The notes under the pieces were generated by a model. The model did not search any database. It saw only the letters and a list, made by a program, of their open reading frames with translations, and had not been told where the DNA came from. 59,744 nt of DNA from Candidatus Woesebacteria bacterium GW2011_GWA1_39_21 (lineage in GTDB: Bacteria > Patescibacteriota > Microgenomatia > UBA8517): contig LBWP01000012.1 in the NCBI GenBank assembly GCA_000993685.1, positions 1-59,744 on the forward strand. The letters run 5' to 3'. Position 1 is the stretch's first letter. The number at the start of each line of letters is the position of its first letter. The position numbers and the translations under genes are program-made. This document shows positions 18,971 through 28,842 of this stretch, piece by piece.

Positions 18971-18993
18971 GTTCGAAACCTAGCTGGCCTGCC
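18971..18993 (+). other. tRNA 3'-end fragment (att-like scar; Trp-like)
   Basis: G TTCGAAA CCTAG CTGGCCT G CC has exact T-loop/T-stem/acceptor/discriminator spacing; no 5' half. Confidence 0.45.
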
Positions 18994-19025
18994 TAGTTGG
19001 TTTTTACCATGTTCGTACTCCTCAT

Positions 19026-19697
19026 TTAGATTGTAACTCTTACATTTCTCTCGTGATCTATCAAGTAACGAGGTTTAAGAAACTGCCCTCCGTCCAAATA
19101 TTCATCACACGTACTCATATAAGTATAAATACCATATTTATAATTCAAAGCAACAACATCGTTATTGTATAAGCCATAAGGGAATACAAACTCATCACAT
19201 TTTATTTTAAATTCTGTTTCTATAGATTTTTTTGACTCTATTAATTGGTATAAAACTTCAGCATCAGACAACACCTCACCTTGACCAAAAGGCGAATTTC
19301 TGTATACCCCACCTTTTGCAGTTAGTTGCAACTCGCTATCTTTATAGACGGCTAAGGCAGAATGAGAAACTCCATGTGACACAATTAATATATTTTGTTT
19401 TACTAATCTGCGAATAGAAGTTTTATTCAAATACCCCTTTTGACCTAATTTTTGTGTAATAACAGAAAGTTTTATTGGGTAGGGTTTGTTGAATACATAT
19501 GGTAAAACTAAACTCTCAAAAGATTCGTAACCATCATCAAAATACAAATTCAGGTTCTTAAAGACGGTTTGTTGATTGTTTATACTTAATTCAATCCGCT
19601 CAATTATTTCTTTCAAAAATTCTAAAGTGACTGTATATTTATTATTCAGTTCTCTCTCACTTTCAACAACGTTATGAAAAATAAGATTAAGCTGCAT
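19026..19697 (-). CDS. Polysaccharide deacetylase (CE4/NodB-like)
   Basis: FHNV, YFDDGY, SHGVSH, FVFPYG. Confidence 0.85.
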   Translation of the reverse strand: MQLNLIFHNVVESERELNNKYTVTLEFLKEIIERIELSINNQQTVFKNLNLYFDDGYESFESLVLPYVFNKPYPIKLSVITQKLGQKGYLNKTSIRRLVKQNILIVSHGVSHSALAVYKDSELQLTAKGGVYRNSPFGQGEVLSDAEVLYQLIESKKSIETEFKIKCDEFVFPYGLYNNDVVALNYKYGIYTYMSTCDEYLDGGQFLKPRYLIDHERNVRVTI

Positions 19698-20322
19698 ACT
19701 TTCGTAAAATACTTACTAGAGATGAAGTACCGGTAATTTGATTAATTTTAAAACCCACTCTATTCATAGTTCCTGTTTGGTCAATACAATCATCTAAAAG
19801 GATAACCTCGTTATATTTCAAGTTATTTGCATGCATATATTTTTCAAAAAACTTCAATTGTCCGTTATTACCAAAATCTCCCTTAAGGTATCCAATCTCG
19901 CAAGATATTAAATAATCATCAAATATATTATCCAGGCAGGCACCTTTAATGGTAAATCTTCTGAATGTATCCATATTGTCAGTAGCAACTACAACTTTTG
20001 AACCCTTTCTTTTTATAGTTTTAACAAGGTCAGGGATCTCATCAGAAACCAACTTCATGTTTATACAACTTGTAGCGAGCTCTTCGAGAATCATTTTCGG
20101 TTCGACTCTTATTCCTTCACCTATCATTCTGGTTATATCTTCTGATTTATACTCACCCTTCATCCAAGGATTTATTAAGTGTTTATTATCTATAAATAGC
20201 CACTTTGTAATATTTTTATAGTAAGCGTTGTTAATATTACCTGTTCGAGACATATGTTCCCAAAACAAAGAATTGGATAATGTCTTATTCCAATCTATAA
20301 ATATAACTTTGGGCTTAATCAT
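19687..20322 (-). CDS. HAD-superfamily hydrolase
   Basis: IFIDWNKTLS motif I, VATDN, K, LLDD. Start ATG 20322 or GTG 20340. Confidence 0.75.
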   Translation of the reverse strand: MIKPKVIFIDWNKTLSNSLFWEHMSRTGNINNAYYKNITKWLFIDNKHLINPWMKGEYKSEDITRMIGEGIRVEPKMILEELATSCINMKLVSDEIPDLVKTIKRKGSKVVVATDNMDTFRRFTIKGACLDNIFDDYLISCEIGYLKGDFGNNGQLKFFEKYMHANNLKYNEVILLDDCIDQTGTMNRVGFKINQITGTSSLVSILRKYAA

Positions 20323-20537
20323 GATAATGAATAATAACACTAGTTAAATGCTATTAGAAATGGAAAACATATCAAAGATAAAGTAAGTGGATTTGTTCGC
20401 AAAACTACTGAAATTGGAAGGTCACTATAAAAATATAACACTTAAGTTTGAGCGTAATAAGTTCGAATACTTTCCATCCAGGGCTGCATTAGTCTTCAGC
20501 CTCGATCTCTAATTTGGAGCTAGCCTCAAACCTTGCC

Positions 20538-20558
20538 TGCGTCTGGAAGGAATCGAAC
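20538..20558 (-). other. tRNA 3'-end fragment (att-like scar; Arg-like)
   Basis: G TTCGATT CCTTC CAGACGC A. The implied 5' end GCGTCTG is typical of tRNA-Arg; no 5' half present. Confidence 0.55.
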
Positions 20559-20576
20559 ACTTGATATAATAAGTTG

Positions 20577-21095
20577 ATGCAAAAACTAATAATAGTTTGC
20601 GGATTGCCTGGATCCGGAAAAACAACGTTAGCGAAAGAATTATCGAGAAAGCTAAAAATTACCTGTATACATAAAGACTCTATAAAAGAAAACCTGTATG
20701 AGATACTGGAATTATCTACGTTAGAAGATAGTAAAAGGATCGGCGGACAATCTATTCAGCTACTTTACAAGCTCACAGAAGAACAACTTGAAAACGGGTT
20801 AGATTTAATTATCGAAGCTCCATTTTACTTTGAAGAAGATTATGAAATTTTTAGAAATTGGAAATTAAAATTTAAACTAAAAATTTATTCGATAATATGC
20901 AAAATCAACAACAAAGAACGCTCCAAAAGATTTCAATCGCGTGAACGACATCAAGGCCATCATGATACAGAACGACTATCAGATACTGCAATGTCAAATG
21001 AAGTTTACAAAAAACTTCCTGGCAAAATTATTAAAATTAGTACAGACAAGCCGCCTAAAAAGTTGGTTGAAGAGTTAAGTAAATTTCTGAAATAA
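20577..21095 (+). CDS. P-loop kinase (AAA_33-like)
   Basis: GLPGSGKTT, HKDSIKE, lid R...RERHQGH. Confidence 0.8.
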   Translation: MQKLIIVCGLPGSGKTTLAKELSRKLKITCIHKDSIKENLYEILELSTLEDSKRIGGQSIQLLYKLTEEQLENGLDLIIEAPFYFEEDYEIFRNWKLKFKLKIYSIICKINNKERSKRFQSRERHQGHHDTERLSDTAMSNEVYKKLPGKIIKISTDKPPKKLVEELSKFLK

Positions 21096-21167
21096 ATTGT
21101 ATTAATTCAAATTTTTATAAATCTCCACCAAATTCCTAGCTAGAAGTTCCATTTTTGATATGCTAAA

Positions 21168-21198
21168 CCTGAAGGGTGGGGTTTTCTTGAACGCTGCT
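21168..21198 (-). mobile_element. IS200/IS605-type element, isolated left-end fragment
   Basis: CCTGAAGGGTGGGGTTTTCTTGAACGCTGCT matches 10618-10648 (1 mismatch); TTAT abuts on the minus strand. Confidence 0.75.
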
Positions 21199-21202
21199 AT
21201 AA

Positions 21203-22156
21203 TTAGTTGCCCCAAACGTAGCTTGTGAACAGCCAATTAATTAACCTTTTTGTCTCTCTAAATCTATCATCGCTACCCAAAACTGCAATTAATACCTTCG
21301 CATTCCCACGTTCAATGTACGTAATCAAATTCTCCATAGCCCCGTCTGTTTTCCCTGTTTTAACACCCTTGACACCATCGACTTCGCCCAGAAGCTGGTT
21401 AGTATTCGTGAAGCGGTATCTGACGTTGTTATTTTCATCCCTAATTACATAGTTTTTTGTCTCGACTATTTTTTCAAATACAGGGTTCTGCATGGCATAA
21501 AATGAAGCTTTAACCAAATCCTGCGCCGTAGTTGACTGGCCAATTTGATCAAGTCCCGTTGGGTTTAAAAAAATGCTGCTTGTCAAACCTAAATTACGGG
21601 CTTTAAGATTCATCTCGGCAACAAAAATGTCCCTACCTCCAGGATAGTTTCTTGCTAAAGCTTCGGCGGCATCGTTTGCGCTATCCACCAAAAGCGCATA
21701 AAGTAGATCGTTTACGCTAATCACTTCACCACTTTTGAGTCCAACAACCTGGCCCTCGATAGTAAAACTAGGAACAACAACCTTCTTCTTAAGATCGTAC
21801 ACATCCAATGAAACTAGCGCAGTAATTATTTTTGAAGTTGACGCTGGCATAACAGACACCTGTGGCTGTTTTTCATAAAGAACAGCGCCCGTGTCAACAT
21901 CAATTGCCAGTGAAGATTTTGCTGAAATGTCAAAAATTTCACCGCCCACATACTTCGGGTATTGAACCTCGGAAGCTTGCACAATCTCAGTACTTACACC
22001 TAAAGTGCTGCTTTGCTCGATTGCCGATCTTTTTAAATACCCCAACCTTTGTGAAGATATAGTTAGCGCAAACAATGATGTAGACAAAAAACTTGAGACT
22101 AATAATGTAAAGAGGCGAAGTCTACAATTTTTGAGTAGATTATCAAACATCCCCAT
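21203..22156 (-). CDS. dacA: D-alanyl-D-alanine carboxypeptidase (peptidase S11)
   Basis: PASTSK, SAN, NPTGL and KTG motifs. Confidence 0.9.
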   Translation of the reverse strand: MGMFDNLLKNCRLRLFTLLVSSFLSTSLFALTISSQRLGYLKRSAIEQSSTLGVSTEIVQASEVQYPKYVGGEIFDISAKSSLAIDVDTGAVLYEKQPQVSVMPASTSKIITALVSLDVYDLKKKVVVPSFTIEGQVVGLKSGEVISVNDLLYALLVDSANDAAEALARNYPGGRDIFVAEMNLKARNLGLTSSIFLNPTGLDQIGQSTTAQDLVKASFYAMQNPVFEKIVETKNYVIRDENNNVRYRFTNTNQLLGEVDGVKGVKTGKTDGAMENLITYIERGNAKVLIAVLGSDDRFRETKRLINWLFTSYVWGN

Positions 22157-22216
22157 ATCAGAAACATTAGCTTATTGAGTTTCTTTTTTCAATGACAAAT
22201 TGAGAAAGACTACCTT

Positions 22217-23542
22217 TTATTCTTCTTTGTTCTTTGGAGGTAAACGAAAATCCACTCGCTCCATATCTCTCGGGAAAAGGGAAGCCTCACGGATATTAGA
22301 AAGATCTAAAAGAAGCATCGTTAACCGCTCAAGGCCAAACGAAAAGCCTCCCTCGGGTGGCATCCCGTATTTGAAAGTTTGCAAATACATTTTAAAATTT
22401 TCCGGATTCATACCTTTCGCCTTTATGATTTTGACTAATTCGCCATAATCATTAATTCGTTGCGATCCGCTTAGAATTTCAACTCCCTTAAAAAGAAGGT
22501 CGTAACTTAAAGAATACTCCGGGTCCTTAGGGTCCGGCATGGTGTAAAAAGATCTTTTTCTTGTTGGGAAATGTGTGATTGTGACAAAATCACAATTTTT
22601 CTCCTCGTGCGCCCATTTACAAATTTCCCGTTCATCCTCCGGCATCATATCAAGTTCTTTTGTGTGGTCAATCCCCGTTCTATCCATTAAGATTTTTTGT
22701 GCTTCGCGGAGTGTTAACCTAGGAACATTCTTATTTACTTTTATTTCAGCTACTTTGTATTCATTTAATACATCTTTGCACTTTTCAACCGCGTAGGAAA
22801 TTGTTTCCCTACCAGTAAATTCCATTGCATCAAGAAGATCAGTAAAATCAACAAAGCCTAATTCGCAATCCATTTGAATCGACTCTGAAAGATGTCTTGT
22901 TGTAACAGAAGGTTCTGCTCGATATGCACGTGAGACAAGACAAACTCTCTCAAATGTCGGAACCAGCATCTGTTTGTAAAGTTGGGGACTCTGTACCAAA
23001 AACGCCCCGTGGCCGTAGTAGTCAACTTTAAATACTTCACTTCCACCTTCAGTTGAAGAGGCAGAAATTGTCGGTGTAAAAATCTCAGTACACCCCAGTT
23101 CTTTCGAAGCTTTTCTAAACCCCTCCATCAAACTCTCTTGAACTTTAAATATTTTTGCAACTTTTGTGTGGCGAAGAGTCAGTGTTCGGAAATCAAGCAA
23201 CGTCGGCAGTTGTAACCCCAGTTCATCTTTCCCCATATCAAAAGGAAGTTCTTCGGCTTTTGATAGAATTTCCAAACGGGTGATCCAAACCTCAATTGTT
23301 CCAGTTTTAATATTTTTATTTACCATTTTCGACGGACGCTTGTTGACAACACCACTAACTTCCACCGCACTTTGCGGAGTAACCTTTGGCAAATTTTCTC
23401 CGACACATTGGATCAACCCTGACATATCACGAATATCCAAAAAAGTAATCTTACCGTGGTCTCTGATTTTTTCAATAAAACCCTGAAGTTTAATCGTTTT
23501 TCCAATTTTGTCTACAGCGTCTGTTGCCAAAGTTCTCAACAT
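22217..23542 (-). CDS. aspS: Aspartate--tRNA(Asp/Asn) ligase, short archaeal/non-discriminating type
   Basis: OB-fold, QSPQLYKQ, YRAE..RH, EILSGSQRI, GFSFGLERL; no GAD insertion. Confidence 0.88.
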   Translation of the reverse strand: MLRTLATDAVDKIGKTIKLQGFIEKIRDHGKITFLDIRDMSGLIQCVGENLPKVTPQSAVEVSGVVNKRPSKMVNKNIKTGTIEVWITRLEILSKAEELPFDMGKDELGLQLPTLLDFRTLTLRHTKVAKIFKVQESLMEGFRKASKELGCTEIFTPTISASSTEGGSEVFKVDYYGHGAFLVQSPQLYKQMLVPTFERVCLVSRAYRAEPSVTTRHLSESIQMDCELGFVDFTDLLDAMEFTGRETISYAVEKCKDVLNEYKVAEIKVNKNVPRLTLREAQKILMDRTGIDHTKELDMMPEDEREICKWAHEEKNCDFVTITHFPTRKRSFYTMPDPKDPEYSLSYDLLFKGVEILSGSQRINDYGELVKIIKAKGMNPENFKMYLQTFKYGMPPEGGFSFGLERLTMLLLDLSNIREASLFPRDMERVDFRLPPKNKEE

Positions 23543-23556
23543 AAGCGTATTTTAAA

Positions 23557-25062
23557 CTAAGCTCCCACTTTTCTCAAACTCTTTTCGATCTCCCTTTTAG
23601 CCTGCGTCGTTTTTACAAAATCAAGCCAATCTCTTGGAGGAGATTTGTAATTTTTATTTTTAATAATTTCAATAACATCACCACTTGAAAGTTGTTGATT
23701 CAACGATGCAATTTTTCCGTTGACCTTCACACTTTTAACAAAACCAGATAAATTGGTATGGACCGAGTAGGCAAAATCGATCGGCGTCGCACCTATCGGA
23801 AGATCATAAACATCCCCCATCGGTGAAAAAACAAAAATTCTAGAACTCAATGCGTCAAACCTAACAGCTTCCATATATTCACTACTATCTTTTATTTCTT
23901 TCTGCCAATCTGCCAACTGTTTAACCCAAGACAATTTAGTGAACGATTTATCGAATGGCCTTTTATCAAGAAGGTCGTTTGTTATACCTTTCTTCAATTT
24001 CATCCCCGCATACGCCCAATGTGCGGCAATTCCATTTTCAGCCTGTTCATGCATTGTCCAAGTTCGAATTTGAATTTCAATAATCCTTGCCCCAACTCCA
24101 AAAACCTTGGTGTGAATTGAACGATATCCATTTGGCTTAGGTTGAGCAATAAAATCAGAAATTCCAATATACGGCACTGGTTTATATAGCCCGTGGATAA
24201 TCCCCAAAACTTTATAGCAATCTTGCGCTGTTTCAACAAGCACACGAAGCGCGATGATGTCATGAATTCTCTCAAAATCCCAGGCAATATCCGGTCTTTC
24301 CAATTTTTTCCAAAGTGAATATAAATGTTTTTTCCTACCACTAACTTTTGATTTCAATCCACTCGCCGCCAACACTTTCAACAGCTTTCTTTTCATTGTG
24401 TCAACATCTTTTTCCGTGTTCTTGTAATACGGTTTCGACAAACTCACAACTTTTTCGTGCTCCTCAGGATAAACATACGGAAAGGCTAGATCATCCAATT
24501 CCGCTTTCACTTGACCCATACCCAATCTTTCAGCTAATGGAGCATAGATTTCCAAGGTTTCTTCCGCAATTCTCTTTCTCTTTCCTTCTTCGACTCCGTG
24601 AAGCGTTTTCATATTATGAAGTCGATCTGCAAGTTTAACCAAAACAACTCGTAAATCTTTAGCCATTGCCAAAAACATCTTACGCAGATTTTCGATAAAC
24701 TCTTCATTCTTACTGCCCCTGAGTTTGATATTTGAAATCTTTGTTACCCCATCGACCAAAACCGCGACAGGGTCGCCAAATCCTTCCGCGAGATCCTGCC
24801 GCAGCGCCCCTCCGTCTTCTACGGTGTCGTGCAAAATTCCGGCCACAATTGTTTGCGTATCAAGATTCCACTCAAATAGTTTTTTACCAACCTCCAGGGC
24901 ATGCATCACAAAGGGTTCACCTGTCTTTCGTCTTTGGCCGTGATGAGCCAGAACTGCAAAATCCCAAGCTTTATTAATCATTACAACATCAACACCGTTT
25001 TGCATCAACTGCAAACGGAATTTTACGTATTCGCCCTTTATTAATTCATTATCGCCTCTCAT
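23557..25062 (-). CDS. RelA/SpoT (p)ppGpp hydrolase/synthetase with TGS, lacking ACT
   Basis: LHDTVED, KLADRLHN, PKPNGYRSIHT, EIQIRT, ATPIDFAYSVH. Confidence 0.95.
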   Translation of the reverse strand: MRGDNELIKGEYVKFRLQLMQNGVDVVMINKAWDFAVLAHHGQRRKTGEPFVMHALEVGKKLFEWNLDTQTIVAGILHDTVEDGGALRQDLAEGFGDPVAVLVDGVTKISNIKLRGSKNEEFIENLRKMFLAMAKDLRVVLVKLADRLHNMKTLHGVEEGKRKRIAEETLEIYAPLAERLGMGQVKAELDDLAFPYVYPEEHEKVVSLSKPYYKNTEKDVDTMKRKLLKVLAASGLKSKVSGRKKHLYSLWKKLERPDIAWDFERIHDIIALRVLVETAQDCYKVLGIIHGLYKPVPYIGISDFIAQPKPNGYRSIHTKVFGVGARIIEIQIRTWTMHEQAENGIAAHWAYAGMKLKKGITNDLLDKRPFDKSFTKLSWVKQLADWQKEIKDSSEYMEAVRFDALSSRIFVFSPMGDVYDLPIGATPIDFAYSVHTNLSGFVKSVKVNGKIASLNQQLSSGDVIEIIKNKNYKSPPRDWLDFVKTTQAKREIEKSLRKVGA

Positions 25063-25154
25063 TGATAGTTATTGGTTTAATAATTAAGTCAACAGTTTAC
25101 TTAATTAAAGTCTTCCTTTTGATTACATGCACATTCGCAAAAAATGCTTTACAC

Positions 25155-26903
25155 CTAAAACATGTTTCCGGCATTAGATTTAATATCTTTAACTTTAAGT
25201 TGCAACGATACTTGCCCGTTCCAATAATTTTCTTCCAGGTTATAGACGATGTCCAATTTAACACCCGGCACGAAGTCGGTTACTTGGTTTTGGCTATTAA
25301 AAAAAATTGCCTCGTATTCATACGCATCGTGTTCCAAAATAAACTTAAGGTGATTACCGCTTCTTCCCACCTTTCGCACATCTTTTATCGCACAGGCATA
25401 TGTACTAAATGTCGGAGCTGGATTCCCAATACCGAACGGTCCCATCTTCTCAATTTTCTCTGCCAATTTGTTAGTTAACCCATCAAATCCTAAATTTATA
25501 TCAACCCTTAAACGCTTTTCCAGTAAGTCGTTTTTCAAGTTCTTTGCACAATAATTTTGCAAAAGCTTCTTAAATTTGGAAATATTCTCACTTTTTAGAA
25601 CAAACCCGGCGGCCATTTGGTGACCCCCAGCGCCAATTAACAACCCCTCAACACTTCGGATTGCATCAATGATACTAAACTCTGGAATCGATCTTGCAGA
25701 ACCCTTCGACAATCCCTCACCACGCGAAACAACAACTGAAGGTCGCCAAAATTCTTCAACAAGTTTTGCTGCAATCAAACCAACAACACCTTCGTGGTAA
25801 GATTCATCGTCGATAATAATAATTTTATCCGATTTGTTCTTTTTCAGTAACGATTTTGCTTGTGCAACGGATTCCTCAACAATTTTTTGCCTCCTCGCAT
25901 TTGTTCTATTTAGCAGTTGTGCAAGTTCACCAGCTCTCTTTCCGTTTTTAGTACACAAAAGCCTTAGCGATTCAATTGCGTGTTCCAACCTACCCATCGC
26001 ATTCAGTCTTGGTGCGATCACGTAATTAATCTCATAAATACCGATATTCCCTTTATTGATGCCCGAAGCTAAAAAGAGCGCGTTCAAACCTGTCCGGTTT
26101 GTTGTATTTAATTTTTCCAAACCATACTTCACAATTGAACGGTTAACATCTAAAAGCGGCATTTGGTCGGCAACCGTTCCCAAAGCGGCCAGTTCTAAAC
26201 CATCTTCAATCTTAACTTTACCACCCACATTTTTTCTGAGAAAAGCACCTATAGGCACTGCTGGTGCAATTTTTCTATCAATTTCCCGAGTAAGTACCCA
26301 GGAAATTCCAGCACCACAAAGTTTTTTTGTGTGAACAACAGAATAAGCATCAGGGTATTTCTCACCTTTTTCATGATGGTCAACAACGATCGTATCGATA
26401 CCCAACTGCCTTGCCTTGTTAACGGCTTCAAAAGCAACAATACCGTTATCGACCGTTATAATTAGTGAAAGTTTTGGATATTGTTTCTTAAGTCTCACAA
26501 TACTTTCAGGCTTTACACCGTACCCCTCCGAAAATCTTTCTGGAATATAAGGTGTAACATCCAAACCTATTCCATATAGATATTCCCACAAAATTGCAGT
26601 CGAACAGATTCCGTCAACATCGTAGTCACCAAAAATAATTACCTTTTCTTTACCTGCTTTTGCCAAACGGATTCTTCTAATTGCAGAGCTTACTGACTTT
26701 TGGTCAATACCCAAACTTCTTAACCCAGCCTTTTGCGGATCGGTTGGATTAAAAAACTCCTTTTTTTGCTTTTCCGTAACAATTCCACGATTTTTTAATA
26801 GTTGATCAATAATATCTTCCACCTTATTCTTTAAATTCTGATGTTCAAATCGCGAAATCAAACGCCACTCGCCAAATCCTGTTATAATTTTTGTCTTTTT
26901 CAT
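25155..26903 (-). CDS. recJ: Single-stranded-DNA exonuclease RecJ
   Basis: GDYDVDG, TVDNG, DHH, LGTVAD, PRLNA.GR, GSARS, GGH.MAAG. Confidence 0.95.
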   Translation of the reverse strand: MKKTKIITGFGEWRLISRFEHQNLKNKVEDIIDQLLKNRGIVTEKQKKEFFNPTDPQKAGLRSLGIDQKSVSSAIRRIRLAKAGKEKVIIFGDYDVDGICSTAILWEYLYGIGLDVTPYIPERFSEGYGVKPESIVRLKKQYPKLSLIITVDNGIVAFEAVNKARQLGIDTIVVDHHEKGEKYPDAYSVVHTKKLCGAGISWVLTREIDRKIAPAVPIGAFLRKNVGGKVKIEDGLELAALGTVADQMPLLDVNRSIVKYGLEKLNTTNRTGLNALFLASGINKGNIGIYEINYVIAPRLNAMGRLEHAIESLRLLCTKNGKRAGELAQLLNRTNARRQKIVEESVAQAKSLLKKNKSDKIIIIDDESYHEGVVGLIAAKLVEEFWRPSVVVSRGEGLSKGSARSIPEFSIIDAIRSVEGLLIGAGGHQMAAGFVLKSENISKFKKLLQNYCAKNLKNDLLEKRLRVDINLGFDGLTNKLAEKIEKMGPFGIGNPAPTFSTYACAIKDVRKVGRSGNHLKFILEHDAYEYEAIFFNSQNQVTDFVPGVKLDIVYNLEENYWNGQVSLQLKVKDIKSNAGNMF

Positions 26904-27005
26904 TTCTTGTAATTCTATTACTTTTTATTTAGCTATGTTTCTCTTTGTTTAACAAACAAGCCAAAGATACAACGAATAATTAAATTGAAGTATAATTGCA
27001 TTTAT

Positions 27006-28436
27006 ATGAACATCCAAATACCAAAAAAACTCGGTGGCCTTATTAAAACTTTCCAAAAGCACGGTTTTGAAATTTATATTGTCGGCGGCGCTGTCAGAGA
27101 TGTTTTAATGGGTAAATCCACCTATGACTGGGATTTGACAACAAACGCAACTCCGCAAGAGACGTTAAAAATACTACCAGATGCCTACTACGACAACCAG
27201 TTTGGTACGGTAGGTCTTCCTAGTGAAGTCGAAAATGAAAGACCGTACGAAATTACCACTTTCAGAACAGAGTCCGGTTATTCGGACACCCGACACCCAG
27301 ATAAAATATCCTGGGGGAAAACACTCATGAAAGATCTTGCAAGAAGAGAGGCAACAATCAGTGCAATGGCTTTCAAGATTGTTGGACTAGGTAAATCCGT
27401 CGCAAAAAAAACGATAAGGAAAAGGACTTCATCGACCAAAGACGAACATCCGGATTTTATTCCTGCATTGGTAGAGCTGGTCGATCCCTACAATGGACAA
27501 CAAGACCTTAAAGATAAAATTTTTAGAGCTGTCGGAGACCCTGATGAAAGATATCGTGAAGACGCTCTTCGGATGATGCGAGCTATTAGAATTTCGGCAC
27601 AGTTAGGTTTTACTATCGAAGAGAAAACCTTCGAGGGAATTAAAAAAAACGCGTCGCTCATCAACAAAATTGCAAAGGAAAGAGTCAGAGATGAGCTACT
27701 AAAAATTTTTGCTTCACCTTATCCATATGAAGGTGTACTTCTTTTCCGGAACACAGGGTTACTGAAAGAAATTATACCGGAAATGGAAGCGGCCTTTGGC
27801 GTTCAACAAAAATCCCCCGGCAGACACCATATCTACGACGTTGGTATTCACAGCTTGATGTCTTTAAAGCATTGTCCATCAAAAGACCCAATTGTTCGCT
27901 TTGCCACTTTTATCCATGACAGCGGAAAAGTACAAACTTACAAAATAGACAAAAGTGGAACAATTACCTTTTATAACCATGAACTGGTAAGCACAAACAA
28001 CGCCTATGAGATTGCAAAACGTCTGCGTTTTTCAAATAAAGATACGGGTAAATTGATTAAACTCGTCCGATGGCATCAATTCACAGTCGATGAGCGACAA
28101 ACCGATTCAGCCGTGAGGCGGTTTTTACGCAATGTCGGGCAGGAAAACGTCAACGATATGTTAAACCTGCGCATTGGCGACCGTCTTGGAGGCGGGGCAA
28201 CTGAGACCTCTTGGAGATTGGAAGAATTCAAACAAAGACTCATTGATGTTCAAAAGCAACCATTTACAGTTCTTGATTTAAAAGTTGACGGAAATGATGT
28301 GATGAAGATATTAAACATTAAACCAGGCCCGGAGGTTGGGAAAATTCTAACCCGCCTTTTTGAAAAAGTCGTTAAAAAAGAAATTGAAAATACAAAGGAA
28401 GATCTCCATAAGGAGTTGCGAAGTATGACAATTTGA
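27006..28436 (+). CDS. cca: CCA tRNA nucleotidyltransferase with HD domain
   Basis: VGGAVRD, DWD, EITTFR, EDALRMMRAIR, ERVRDE, H..HD. Poly(A) polymerase cannot be fully excluded. Confidence 0.85.
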   Translation: MNIQIPKKLGGLIKTFQKHGFEIYIVGGAVRDVLMGKSTYDWDLTTNATPQETLKILPDAYYDNQFGTVGLPSEVENERPYEITTFRTESGYSDTRHPDKISWGKTLMKDLARREATISAMAFKIVGLGKSVAKKTIRKRTSSTKDEHPDFIPALVELVDPYNGQQDLKDKIFRAVGDPDERYREDALRMMRAIRISAQLGFTIEEKTFEGIKKNASLINKIAKERVRDELLKIFASPYPYEGVLLFRNTGLLKEIIPEMEAAFGVQQKSPGRHHIYDVGIHSLMSLKHCPSKDPIVRFATFIHDSGKVQTYKIDKSGTITFYNHELVSTNNAYEIAKRLRFSNKDTGKLIKLVRWHQFTVDERQTDSAVRRFLRNVGQENVNDMLNLRIGDRLGGGATETSWRLEEFKQRLIDVQKQPFTVLDLKVDGNDVMKILNIKPGPEVGKILTRLFEKVVKKEIENTKEDLHKELRSMTI

Positions 28437-28458
28437 ATAGATAGGTTAAAATTAATCA

Positions 28459-28755
28459 ATGCCCCAAAAATTTGTTGATTACTTTCTTGTAATTGACAGT
28501 AAAGTTACCGTTTTGATATCTTCGTTTCTTAAACCGTACGGGTTGAACACTGTTCAAAAAGATCTTGTCTACACAATTCCAGTCTTCATTAAAATAGCCG
28601 TCTACCTGTTAATACTACTGACCTTACTAGTTATATTGAAAATGTTTCACCGCCACAACAGAATAATTCACTTTCTCTTAATGTTTACAATTTTTTTGAT
28701 CGCAATGTCTATCTTCGGAGTATTTTTAGGGTTCTTCCAGTTGTTGTATTCATAA
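28459..28755 (+). CDS. Small 2-TM hypothetical protein
   Basis: 98 aa with two hydrophobic helices. Confidence 0.55.
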   Translation: MPQKFVDYFLVIDSKVTVLISSFLKPYGLNTVQKDLVYTIPVFIKIAVYLLILLTLLVILKMFHRHNRIIHFLLMFTIFLIAMSIFGVFLGFFQLLYS

Positions 28756-28842
28756 CTAACGCCAGAGAAAGATTTTTCCGTTGCGTCGGATAATAATTGG
28801 TTTGGTTAATTTCTTATAATAGTGAATTTTAAAGGTTGAAGT

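Noticed and set aside
20461-20482. Third GTTCGAAT motif forming a loose inverted repeat with 20544-20558
   Set aside because: The downstream sequence does not fit a tRNA 3' end well and the pairing is imperfect.
18960-20570. Intact tRNA genes
   Set aside because: Only 3' fragments are present; no D-arm, anticodon arm or 5' acceptor strand can be folded.
26215-26275. Apparent in-frame insertion in RecJ (APAVPIGAFLRKNVGG) with a GCACC..GGTGC hairpin; a similar extra segment occurs in Cca at ~27375-27470
   Set aside because: Cannot be distinguished from ordinary variable loops without an alignment.
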